This document shows positions 14,245 to 26,436 of a stretch of 64,000 bases of DNA, one piece after another. This DNA is from Octopus vulgaris. Taxonomy: Eukaryota. The notes below the pieces were generated by a model. That model was not told where the DNA came from, searched no databases, and saw nothing but the letters and a program-made list of their open reading frames with translations. The DNA is taken from positions 86,862,001 to 86,926,000 of the forward strand of contig OX597824.1 of NCBI GenBank assembly GCA_951406725.2. Reading direction: 5' to 3'. The translations under genes were made by a program, and so were the position numbers. Within the stretch, counting starts at the first letter, position 1. Every line of letters starts with the position of its first letter.

Positions 14245-14567
14245 CCACCATCGCTTGATAACCGATGCTGGTGTGTTTACATCCCCATAACTTAGCGGTT
14301 CGGCAAAAGAGACCGATAGAATAAGTACTAGGCTTACAAAGATTGTATTGGGGTTGATTTGTTCGACTAAAAGGCATTGCTCCAGCATGGCCGCAAATAA
14401 AAGCATAAAAGTATATATATATCATAACTTGCCTGAAGACCTTGTGCACCCACAGGCAAAACTCTGAGAAGTAAGAGACTGACTTGACCTAAATAAAATA
14501 TATTATTCTCTGCTCTGGTATTGAGTACTCTTTTCCCCCAACAGTCAGCACTAAAAGGCTGTACTTA

Positions 14568-14607
14568 TACACACACACACACACACACACACGTGTGTGT
14601 ATGTGTG

Positions 14608-14638
<31 letters not shown>

Positions 14639-14892
14639 ATATATATATGTGTGTGTGTATATATATGTGTGTGTGTGTATATATGTGTGTGTGTGTGTAT
14701 ATATATATGTGTGTGTATGTATATATATGTGTGTATATATATGTGTGTGTATATATATGTGTGTGTATGTATATATATATGTATGTGGGTGTGTATATAC
14801 ATACATATATATATATATATGTATATAAATACATATATATGTATGTGTGTGTGTGTGTATGTGTATATATTTGTATGTATGTATGTATATAT
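14568..14892. repeat. (TG)n/(TA)n compound microsatellite
   Basis: Directly visible. Confidence 0.95.
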
Positions 14893-17446
14893 TATTTTCC
14901 ACAAAGCTGGTTCAGTGTAGTTGAAGACCACATATACAATTAGAAAGTGTTATAGTGTGTGTTTAAGTTTTTTTTTTTTAAAAACCCTTTAAGAACACAC
15001 CTACACGCACGACTACACACAAACACCCTCTATAAAACAATATTGTTTTGTTGATGAAAAGCTTTTCCTCCCCTCAACAGGAGAGAAAGAAAGAGAGGGA
15101 GAGAGAGAGAAAGAAAGAGTGAGAGAGAGAGAGAAAGAGTGAGAGCTCAGTGGATGCCTATTAATGGTAAGCTGCTAATGTGACTAGCATTCAATTGGCT
15201 GCCAACCTTATCTATGACAGATTTTGAGCAGTGGCTTTGAAACAGAAGTTTATGGCAGTCTTTTTGACACTTGGCAGGAGGAAGTAATATGCTGAGGTAT
15301 TCAGCTGGAGATCAGATAAGAGGGTCTTGACATGAATGCTGAAGGCAGTCGGGATAGTTTTTATTCTCCTTCTTCTAATTTTTCTTCTTTTTTTTCTCTC
15401 TCTTCTCTCTCTTTCTCCTTCTCCTCTGTCTCTTTTGCTTTCCCCCCTCACCTCTTTGTTTATTTATTCTATTTTATTTTACTTTTTATTTTATTTTTTT
15501 CAGAATTAAAAGGGTACACAATATTTGCTCCAAATATAAAACAAATATTAAAATAATTATCCCTTTTGAATTGAATTAAATGAAATAATTAGTTTAGTTA
15601 TACGTAAATGTTTAGAAAAGTTTCTTGTGAGGGTTTTTTTTCTCTCTCTTTCATTTAAGAAAAATAAATTTTGCTTTTATCCAAGATAACTATGGGAATG
15701 TAGTCCCCCACCACCACCACCAACCTTTCTCTTTCCTTTTTCTTTCTGCCTTTCTTTTATTATTATTATAAAGAATTTCTGTTGTTGGGGAGCAGAAAGG
15801 ATATATTCTAAATTTACGATGACAATATATGATTTACATTTGATTGTTTCATTTATTTGTAAAGACAAAAAACAAATAAATATGACAGCTATTAAGTAAC
15901 AAATTCATGTTATTTCTTGAAACCCCTCCTAACATGCCCTCGCCTCCGTAATTCTATCTAAATTGGGGACCTTGTTTTGTCTAGGGCGTTAATTACATTG
16001 TGTTCATTGAATGTATCAGACTGGAGGAGATGGTGGTGGTGGTGGTGGTGGTGGTGGTTTTGTTGTGGTGGTGGGGAGAATACAGGGGGTGTAGTTGTGC
16101 TTGTGCAGGGCTGTAAAAATTTTGAAGTCATTACGGATTGGGATTCAAAACGTTCTGATACACAACTCTGGTAGATAATTTCTGCTACTCACATGACAGA
16201 TTGCCGTGTGAGAAGTTGCTGAGAGTGACAACAATAACAGAATTCACCAATGCCAAGATATTAAGAGAGCGATGGCGGCGGTGATGGAATTCTCTCTCTC
16301 TCTCTTTCAGTTTTCTGTTTTGCTTTTCTTTCTTTCTTTCTAACCCCCCCTCCTTTTTTTTTTTTTTCATTACCGTGCAATTTTTGTCTGTTAAACTGTT
16401 TGCTCTACGGTTAAAATAGAATGGCACGAAAATGATCAAATTTGTCGTGTTTGCACAAGCACTCGCTCACTATTATACAATCTGATTGCTGCTCCTAAAC
16501 TGTGATTAACTGTTAAAGAGGAACACGAGGCTTTTGTTGACTCAGGGAAACTGATTTAGATGAGGAATGCTCAAGACACACAAGGCCTCAGTTTTATGGA
16601 AGAAGAGAAGAGAATTCGTATGATCTTTTATCTTTCCTTTCAGTCGGTTCAGTCATTAGATTGCAGCCATGCTGGAGCACTGCTTTGAAGGGGTTTAGTC
16701 AAACATTGCCCCTGGTACTTATTCTGAAGTCTGGTGTGGCTGTGTGGTAAGTAGCTTGCTTACCAACCACATGGTTCCAGGTTCAGTCCCAGTACGTGGC
16801 ACCTTGGGCAAGTGTCTTCTACTATAGCCTCTGTCCGACCAAAGCCTTGTGAGTGGATTTGGTAGACGGAAACTGAAAAGAAGCCTGTCGTATATATGTA
16901 TATATATGTGTGTGTTTGTGTGTCTGTGTTTGCCCCCCCCCCCCAACATCGCTTGACAACCGATGCTGGTGTGTTTACGTCTCCGTAACTTAGCGGTTCG
17001 GCAAAAAGAGACCGATAGAATAAGTGCTAGGCTTACAAAGAATAAGTCCTGGGGTTGATTTGCTTGACTAAAGGCGGTGCCCCAGCATGGCTGCAGTCAA
17101 ATGACTGAAACAAGTAAAAGAGTAAAAAGAGAGAGTATTCATTCTGCCTGTATCTTTTGCTGAACTGTTTAAGTTACAGGGAAGTAAACAAACCAACAGA
17201 TTATCAAGCAAAACATAAGCACGCCGGACGAAATGCTTAGCGGTAATTTGTCTGTCTCTACGTTCTGAGTTCAAATTCCTTTGAGGTCGACTTTCATCCT
17301 TTTGAGGTCGATTAAATAAGTACCAGTTACGCACTTGGGTTGATATAATCAACTTAATCCGTTTGTCTGTCCTTGTTTGTCCCCCTCTGTGGGTAGCCCC
17401 TTGTGGGCAGTAAAGAAATAAGATTGTCAAGCAATGGAAGGGAATA

Positions 17447-17522
<76 letters not shown>

Positions 17523-17649
17523 GATGTGTGGCTGGCAGGTTTACAAAGCTACTATTCCTTACACTGTGAACTATGAATATATATTTGTTTTCAATCATAT
17601 TGCTTCAGTTTCTTTCAACTAGGCATGAAGGTCATTTATTGTAAGAGGC

Positions 17650-18182
17650 ACGTTGGGCCTCACAGAGGCAATGACGAAAGACCAAGACCTCTGAGATATG
17701 CTGTGACTGCAAAGACCCGACAAATAAAGTGAGTTCATGGCTCGCAGGACGGCCTGCTGTGCTAACCTTGGATTGTAGGGTGACCTGCTGTGCTTGAGAA
17801 TTATTGAGTCAAGTACATCAACATCAAATAAAAAATCAAATGGAAACTGTAGTTGTTATACCCATGCCAGTGGCACGTAAAAAGCATCATCCGAACATGG
17901 CTGATGCCAGCGCCACCTGACTGATGTCCGTGCCGGTAACACGTAAAAAGCATCAACTGATCATGGCCATTTGCCAGCCTCCTCTGGCCCCTGTGCTGGT
18001 GGCACGTAAAAAGCACCTACTACACTCACTGAGTGGTTGGCATTAGGAAGGGCATCCAGCTGTAGAAACACTGCCAGATCAGACTGGGCCTGGTGTAGCC
18101 TCCTGGTTCCCCAGACCCTGGTCAAACCAGCTAACCCATGCTAGCATGGAAAGCGGATGTTAAATGATGATGATGATGATGA
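17650..18182 (+). mobile_element. RTE LINE 3' fragment. Shorter 3'-UTR copies: ~7552-, 13303-, 27052+, 52622-, 54960+, 60112+, 62640+
   Basis: TLGLTEAMTKDQDL*RYAVTAKTRQIK*, then repeated GTGCCNGTGGCACGTAAAAAGCA units and a (GAT)n tail. Confidence 0.8.
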
Positions 18183-18668
18183 AGGGATCAGAAAGTTATG
18201 ATGTTATCAACAAACAATCCTAGTTTAAGGGCGGAAGAACTACTGTGTAGTCAACAGCCAATTCAACAAGTACCTAGTTACGGTGAAGTGCCTGTGTGCT
18301 CCATTGACCCGGAGAGCTATGCTGGAGTGAGAGAAATCTTCTGGCAGGTCTTATCAGGCGAGACTGATCGAAGGGTAGGAGACAGATGATGACAATAAAT
18401 CGAAGCGCCGACAGCAGGGTGTGGATTTAGTTATAGGTAGGACCTAACAGATCAGATTTCTGGCTTTGAACTAGCAGGATGTCACACAGAGGATCTTGAA
18501 TACCAGACAATGGATGAGACCCTGGAAACTGCAGGGCCACATGGAGCAGTGCCCTGTAACACCTATAGTATGCACGACCAAAACCCCTATGTAGGACACC
18601 CTATGGGATGACCTAGATGAGATGAGATGATTAAGGACTGTTTTATAGATATAGAAATATCACAAACA

Positions 18669-19115
18669 TAGGCGCAGGAGTGGCTGTGTGGTAAGTAGCT
18701 TGTTTACCAACCACATGGTTCCGGGTTCAGTCCCACTGCGTGGCACCTTGGGCAAGTGTCTTCTACTATAGCCTCGGGCCGACCAAAGCCTTGTGAGTGG
18801 ATTTGGTAGACGGAAACTGAAAGAAGCCTGTCGTATATATGTATATATATATATGTATGTGTGTGTGTGTTCGTGTGTCTGTGTATGTGTGTGTGTGTGT
18901 GTTCGTGTGTCTGTGTTTGTCCCCCTAGCATTGCTTGACAACCGATGCTGGTGTGTTTATGTCCCCGTTACTTAGCGGTTCGGCAAAAGAGACCGATAGA
19001 ATAAGTACTGGGCTTACAAAAGAATAAGTCCTGGGGTCGAGATGCTCGATTAAAGGCGGTGCTCCAGCATGGCCGCAGTCAAATGACTGAAACAAGTAAA
19101 AGAGAGAGTAAAGAG
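18669..19115 (+). mobile_element. SINE family A, full-length representative. Other + copies: ~7150, 14050, 16735, 21150, 41777, 46270
   Basis: Same head, body and tail as 957-1735. Confidence 0.92.
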
Positions 19116-19650
19116 TATAGGTTAATTTTGAACATTAGTGTACTATGCATGTCTCTTTAGGAAAAAATCTATTTAGTAAACTTATAGCAACAAGTTTTTT
19201 TGATAAAACACAAACTTTAAAAATAAAATTTTTTCATATTTTTATCACTGTCTCAGTTGACATAGACAATACAGTAACTAAATTTGAAGAAAAAAAAAGT
19301 CTAGTGCAATTTTTTGACATCAAGGCCAAGTTACAATAACTGCAGTTCTAATTTTAATTCCAGTTCACAAGAATAATCACATGATTAAAAGTTAAATTAT
19401 TATAGTTAACGAGGGTCAAATCATTCTGTTCTTGAGACTGCTCCTAAGTTGTTTGGCATGTTTTTAATTTCCATTTCTATTGTTGATTTTTAACATTTTT
19501 TACTGTTTTATTATTTTATATGTTGTCTGTGTATCCAATTTCCATGGTTTAGAGTAAACACCCAGAGTTGAACAATCTTGACGGATCATGTGATAGAAAT
19601 GTTGACTAAGGTTTTTAGCTCTATAACTTGAAAACTATTTTAGTTATAAA

Positions 19651-20050
19651 CTAGCAGTATAGCCCGGCATTGCTCGGGTTTGTTTTCTTTTCGACCCTTT
19701 AGAATTGGAATTTTTGAAAAGTAAATATTTTGCATTATGTAGCTTGTCATTCTCTTTAAGTGAACATTTTTCTGGTTGAAATACACCGAGAAATGGCGAC
19801 ATAGCAGTAAAAAAAATTATTAAAAAATAGGGATTTTCATAGAAAAAAAGCACCTTTTTGATGTAAATAACTTTTGGTGTTAACATGGTCCGATTTGAAT
19901 TTTTTCTTCTACGGAAGGAAGAGCAAGCCTTCTTCTATCATACTCTCAATTTTGGTCAACTTGCGCCGCAGTGTCTCGGAGGAGATAGTGTTAGTTGAAG
20001 GCTACCAAACCTGCCATACACAGACAACTTCAGCTTTATATATTTATAGA
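19651..20050 (-). mobile_element. Non-autonomous Helitron
   Basis: Minus strand runs TC...CCCGAGCAATGCCGGG hairpin...CTAG, inserted between A and T. Confidence 0.82.
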
Positions 20051-20652
20051 TAGATATGCAACCGTTGAAACAGTTTATACTTTCAAAACCTATTATGAAC
20101 CAAAAGGGAACTTCTCTGTAGATATTTCAGCCTATTAGAAATAGCAGCCTTCAAATCCTTCAAAGCCGACTCTGCTGTCTTTAAAAAGGCAGATTTGATA
20201 ATGAATTCTATGTAAAAATGAAATCAACTAATATTTTTATGTACTTGTATGTGTGATATGTGCAGGCTTGTCTGTGTGGGTAAGAAGTTTGCTTCTTTAC
20301 CATGTGGTCTCGGGTTCAAGTATCATTGCACAACACCTTGAGGAAGTATCTTGTACGCTGATCAAATCCTTGCGAATGAATTTGGTAGATGGAAACTGAA
20401 AGAAGCCTGTTGCATGTATGTGTGTATGTAGCCTTGTTTTGGCATCACGTGATGGTTGTAAATGAGTATCATTGTCATACAATTGATATTGTTGATAATA
20501 ATAAATCTCTGAATGAGGTATAAGAGATTTATTATCGTTCAGAGATTTATTATTGCTTGCTTGCAGTTTTTCGAGATCAGTGACGAAAAGTTACTGGAAA
20601 AACGATATAAGGATTTGCATTGGGACCCCTTTCATCGAAAACCGGTGATTGT

Positions 20653-20697
20653 CGTACACTGATGACAGGTCAATACCCAGAAACTGCAGTCCGTGCG
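20653..20697 (+). ncRNA. Minimal type-I hammerhead motif, slightly decayed
   Basis: CGTACA-CTGATGA-CAGGT(caat)ACCCA-GAAA-CTGCAG-TC-CGTGCG. Intact core, palindromic CUGCAG stem III, GUC triplet; stem mismatches are explicable as CpG decay. Confidence 0.72.
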
Positions 20698-22430
20698 TAT
20701 CACTTAGGTTGACGAGGGAGGGATGACCTCCCTTTGCAAATACCATAAGGGCACAGAAAGTGTGCCTAAAGCCAGCTGGAGACGATGTTCCTCTGGGGCT
20801 ACAAGCTACAGTAACACCCACCCTTAGTGGTTAGCCATATTGAGATGGCAAATATACCTCACATTGATATTGTTGGTTTCCAGTCTCCTGTGAAAAAAAA
20901 AAAAACTTATCTGGTTATGGGAAAATATTATCTTGCTTGGAAACGGTTGAGGGTTGACAACAGGAAGGGCATCCAGCCGTAGAAAATCTGTCTCAACAAA
21001 TTCCATCTGACCCATATACAAGCATGAAAAATTTGACATGAAATGATGCTGGTGATGTGTTGGCTTCACCCGGATTGGGTTGAACTGGTTCCAACCAGCA
21101 AATGTACACCATTGCAAACAGAAGCTGGCTGTGCTTGGGGATCACAAGCATAGGTGTAGGAGTGGCTGTGTGGTAAGTAGCTTGTTTACCAACCACATGG
21201 TTCCGGGTTCAGTCCCACTGCGTGGCACTTTGGGCAAGTGTCTTCTACTATAGCCTCGGGTTGACCAAAGCCTTGTGAGTGGATTTGGTAAACGGAAACT
21301 GAAAGAAGCTCATCATATAGATATGTGTGTGTGTGTATATATATATATATATGTGTGTCTGTGTTTGTCCCCACCATCGCTTGACAACCGATGCTGGTGT
21401 GTTTACGTCACCGTAACTTAGTGGTTCAGCAAAAGAGACTGATAGGATGAGTACTAGGCTTACAAAGAAAATAAGTCCTGGGGTCGATTTGCTCGACTAA
21501 AGGCAGTGCTCCAGCATGGCCGCAGTCAAAATGACTGAAACAAGTAAAAGAGTATCTAATGCAGAGATTGTCAATGAGCTGCAATTACAACAGTGGACAC
21601 TATATCTGTGGGGATGTTAGGTTTTAGCTGCCTTTGGTATTGCCAAAGCCGAGCAGTTTGGAGGTCGAGTTCCCACTGGTTTCAAATGTTGTACCATGTG
21701 GCATGTACATTTTGATCATTTCTGTCAAACTCACTCTCTCTCTCTGTGCATCCCCATTGCATCACTGTGGCCATTAAATAAGATTAGATGCGAAAGCATG
21801 AATTTGGTGTTGTAGTTTTTTTTTTTTTTTTTTTTTTTACTCTTTTACTTGTTTCAGTCATTTGACTGCGGCCATGCTGGAGCACCGCCTTTTAGTCGTG
21901 CAAATCGACCCCGGGACTTATTCTTTGTAAGCCCAGTACTTATTCTATCGTTCTCTTTTGCCAAACCGCTAAGTGACGGGGACATAAACACACCAGCATC
22001 GGTTGTCAAGCAATGCTAGGGGGACAAACACAGACACACAAACACACATACATATATATACACACATATATACATATATATGACAGGCTTCTTTCAGTTT
22101 CCATCTACCAAATCCACTCACAAGGCATTGGTAGGCCCGGGGCTATAGCAGACGACATTTGCCCAAGATGCCACGCAGTGGGACTGAACCCGGAACCATG
22201 TGGTTGGTTAACAAGCTACTTACCACACAGCCTGTTGAAATTGCTTGTCTAAAATTCCAGTGTGCTTCTACTCTGGAATCCACTAGCCACTAGTTGGCCC
22301 CTGAAGTCTCCATCACTTCAAAATCCAAGATATGTCGTCGTTGTTTTGAAGTTCACTTTTCCATGTTTGCTCAGATGGGACGCCCTTCCCGTCACCAACT
22401 CTCACCTACTTCCAAGCAAGATAATATTTA

Positions 22431-23054
22431 CTCAACAGTGCTTTATACGCGGCATCGTCAACAGTTCTTTACACGCGGCACTGTCAACAGTGCTCTATAC
22501 ACGGCACCGTCAACAGTGCTTTACACGCGGCACCGTCAACAGTGCTTTACACGCAGCACCGTCAACAGTGCTTTATACGCGGCACCGTGAACAGTGCTTT
22601 ATACGCGGCACCGTCAGCAGTGCTTTATACGCGGCACCGTCAGCAGTGCTTTATACACAGCACCATCAACAGTGCTTTATACGCGGCACCGTCAGCAGTG
22701 CTTTATACGCGGCACCGTCAGCAGTGCTTTATACGCGGCACCGTCAGCAGTGCTTTATATGTAGCACCGTGAACAGTGCTTTATACGCGGTACCGTCAAC
22801 AGTGCTTTATACGCGGTACTGTCAACAGTGCTTTATACGCGGTACTGTCAACAGTGCTTTATACGCGACTCTGTCAACAGTGCTTTATACGCGGTACCAT
22901 CAACAGTGCTTTATACACGGTACCGTCAACAGTGCTTTATACGCTGTACCGTCAACAGTGCTTTATACGCGACACCGTCAACAGTGCTTTATATGCGGCA
23001 CCGTCAACAGTGCTTTGTACGCAGCACTGTCAACAGTGCTTTTCATGCGGCACC
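22431..23054. repeat. 26-bp minisatellite, ~24 copies
   Basis: Unit GTCAACAGTGCTTTATACGCGGCACC repeated head-to-tail with no spacers. Confidence 0.95.
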
Positions 23055-23489
23055 TTTAACATACTTAGTGCTTTTTACTTAACTCTCATTAAATAACCTA
23101 AGAAACCTATCAAGTGTGAGCCGTGTATGCTAAGGAAGGTGATATAATGTGATGTGACCTCACCACATACTTGCTGACACAGCATAAGCAAATTTTCATA
23201 TGTCTGTGATTACTATCTGTGATAACTGGGCTCATTTTCAGTATTTCGTTATTAGTAACAATTATTGAACCTAAAAGACCTAAGCTTATTTGGTTCTCTA
23301 ATGACATTCAGTCTCCCATCCATAATATGGTTGTATTAGGGCCATGTAGTTTATTTATGATAAATTTATGGTTTCATACTTTATGCTAATATACTGTCAC
23401 AGCGTTGTATCTACATGCATAGAATCATACAATAAAGAAATAGGTATCAATAAAGAATCATACATTTTGCCTCTCCAAAACGACTTTAA

Positions 23490-23711
23490 CCCTTTCGTTA
23501 CTAACCCGGCTGAAACCGGCTCTGGCTCTGTTGTACAAATGTCTTGTTTTCATAAGTTTTGAATTAAAATCTTCCACCAAACCTTAGTCACAATTTATGT
23601 TCCTAACACTAGCTGAATGATAACTAAATTATTTTACTAAATTCTTTGTTATATTTAAAATTAATTGAAAGAAACACAGAGCATCTCAACAGAAATACAG
23701 TAACGAAAGGG
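23490..23711. mobile_element. piggyBac-like MITE
   Basis: TTAA duplication; TIRs CCCTTTCGTTAC / GTAACGAAAGGG. Confidence 0.85.
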
Positions 23712-23974
23712 TTAACTCTTTAGCATTTAAACCATGTCCAACCCAAATATTCTGCCTGTTTTATATTCAAACTGGCCAGATCCAGCTTCTCACACCTGCA
23801 CTACAATGTCATTCTCAAAATAAACAGTCGCATTATTGAAATCTCAAAACTGCAAGATAATAAATGATTCAGTAACAATGGATAATAAATGATTCGATAA
23901 TACTAATTCAAAATAATGAAAATAAATAAGCAATGGATTTGACGAAGTAATGTGAATGCCCAAGGGATAAAATA

Positions 23975-24540
23975 TTGGGTTGTCCGGAAAATTCATGCCG
24001 ATTTATAGTAGCTTACCTTTCGACTTATTTTAAAACATGGTTGAGTCCATAAAATAGGATTTGACTATACCTCCATTTAGAGCACAGTTTAAGTTATCTT
24101 TTTATGGAAGAAGATTTGTGTTCCCATAGCCTGTGTTAATTCTGTAACCCTTTAAAATGAAAGATAAGAAAGTTCATTTTCGGCACTTGATGCTTTGGGA
24201 ATCAGACAAAAATTGCTGCAGCTCAGCTGGGATGTGTTACCCCACCCTCCATATTCACCAGATATTGCTCCTTCGGATTTCCACTTATTCAGGTCTCTGC
24301 AGAATAGTCTTAATGGTAAAAATTTCAATTCCTTGCATGACGTAAAACGATACGTTGATGAATTCTTTGCCATGAAACCACCTCAATTCTGGGAAGAGGG
24401 TATTTTCAAGTTAAAGGAAAGATGGAGATGCATTGTGCAACAAAATGGTTCATATCTGGTTGATAAAAAATGTAATGGCAAGTATTTATTGACCTTTTTC
24501 TTTCCTTTAAAAATCGGCACGAACTTTTCGGACAACCCAA
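23975..24540 (+). mobile_element. Internally deleted mariner element
   Basis: TIRs TTGGGTTGTCCGGAAAATTCATGCCGATTT / AAATCGGCACGAACTTTTCGGACAACCCAA with TA on both sides. Transposase N-terminus MKDKKVHFRHLMLWE is joined out of frame to the C-terminus with WDVLPHPPYSPDIAPSDFHLFRSLQN. Confidence 0.93.
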
Positions 24541-24960
24541 TATCTTTCAATAAGCATGTGATGATATATATATTTCTTTATTGCCCACAAGGGGCTAAAC
24601 ACAGAGGGGACAAACAAGGACAGACACAGGAATTAAGTCGATTACATCGACCACAGTGCGAAACTGGTACTTTATTTATTGACCCCAAAAGGATGAAAGG
24701 CAAAGTTGACTTCGGCGGAATTTGAACTCAGAACATAATGACAGACGAAATACCGCTAAGCATTTCGCCCGGCGTGCTAACGTGTCTGCCATCTCTCCGC
24801 CTTCGTGATGATATATAATAAATTTGTTTTTCCCCACAAGGTACTATGGTAAAATAGGGGTGCATCTTATGTGAGTGTGTGTCCTATATGCCTGTGAATG
24901 TGGTAAATGATCTTAAATATATTATGTGATTAATTAATTTTTTTTATTTTTCTATTTTAG

Positions 24961-25351
24961 GTTCACCACTGTTGCTGTTTGCTAATCGCAAAGATGTGCG
25001 TCTTGTTGATGCAGCAGACTCACAGAATTCTTCCGTGATAATCAGTGGCCTTGAAGATGCTGCTGCAGTGGACTTCTTCTACGCTGAGAACTCGGTCTTT
25101 TGGACCGACGTCAGCTTGGAAATGATTAAAAGAACCTATATAAACGGCTCCCAAACCAGCAACAATGTGATCACATTTGGATTGTTATCGCCGGATGGTT
25201 TAGCCCTTGATTGGCTAGGAAAAAAGCTTTATTGGACTGATTCCGAAACCAATCGGATTGAAGTCAGTAATTTGAATGGATCATTTCGTAAAATATTATT
25301 TTGGGAAAATTTAGATCAACCACGGGCTATTGCTCTGGATCCTTTAAACGG
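24961..25351 (+). CDS. LRP6: LRP5/6 (arrow-like) exon: first half of YWTD beta-propeller 1
   Basis: Acceptor tttag ends at 24960, donor gtaagt at 25352, phases 1/2. Translates (G)[17 protein letters not shown]...VFWTDV...[42 protein letters not shown], recognisably the LRP5/LRP6 N-terminal propeller. Confidence 0.97.
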
Positions 25352-25935
25352 GTAAGTAATCATGCCTTTTTAAATCGTTTTGTTTCGATCACGGCACTGT
25401 GGTCATGCTGGGGCACTGCTTTGAAGTGTTATATAGTTAAACAAATTGACCCCGGTACATATTTTTTTTAAAGTCTGGTACTTAATCTATAGGTCTTATT
25501 TGCCAGACTGTTACAGGGACATAAACAAACCAATGCTGGTTGTCAAGTTGTGGTGGTGGGACAAGTACAAAGAGAAGGAACGACACACACACACACACAC
25601 ACACTAATGTATGTATGACAGGTTTCTTTTAGTTTCTGCTTATGACATCTACCCATAAGTTTTGGGGGTTACAGTAGGAGACACTTGCCCAAGGTGCCAC
25701 AGTGGGACTGAACCTAGAACCATATAGTTGAAAAGCAAACTTCTTTATTTTATTAAATTTGCCACAAGGACAGCACACAGATATGTAGCTTTATGGGCTG
25801 GACACGGACATTAATGGGATGAATGATAATGATACAAGGATGATAAAGATGACCACACAGCCAGCCATGCTTGTGCCTATATATATATATATACACACAC
25901 ACAAACACACACACACATATACATACATACACACA

Positions 25936-26393
25936 CAGTAATCCCTCGCCATGTCACAGTTCACCTATCGCGCTCTGAGTACATCACAGATTTTTCTGGC
26001 TAATATATGTAAATTTATATCACGGGTTCCTGCAGCCAATAGGTATATATATTTTTTTAGATTTTAATTATTTCTGTGGTAAAGTAAGCATTTTCACTCC
26101 TAAAAATTAATAAATAAAAATATAGTACAGTACTGTACTGTATAACACATTAATTAAAATACATTAAAAGAAAATACATAGTGTACCTTAGATGAATAGA
26201 CAAAGAATTGCACTTCTGTATGGAAAATGAAACTCAGGAGGCGAGTGTGTGGTATTGTTTTGCATTTATGATACAATAAGCATATACAAATTACAAAAAT
26301 AATATTAAAAAATATACAGTACAGTATTGTTTCTACTTTGTGGATTTTCACCTGTCACTGGAGGTAACACCCACAATAATCAAGGGATTACTG
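25936..26393. mobile_element. pogo/Tigger-like MITE
   Basis: TIRs CAGTAATCCCTCG / CAAGGGATTACTG, with TA after the right end. Confidence 0.7.
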
Positions 26394-26436
26394 TATATAT
26401 ATATATATATATATATAATATACATACATACAAACA

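Noticed and set aside
22262-23096. 265-aa ORF or CRISPR-like array
   Set aside because: Pure head-to-tail 26-bp repeat with no unique spacers and no cas genes, in a eukaryotic context; the ORF is a by-product of the repeat.
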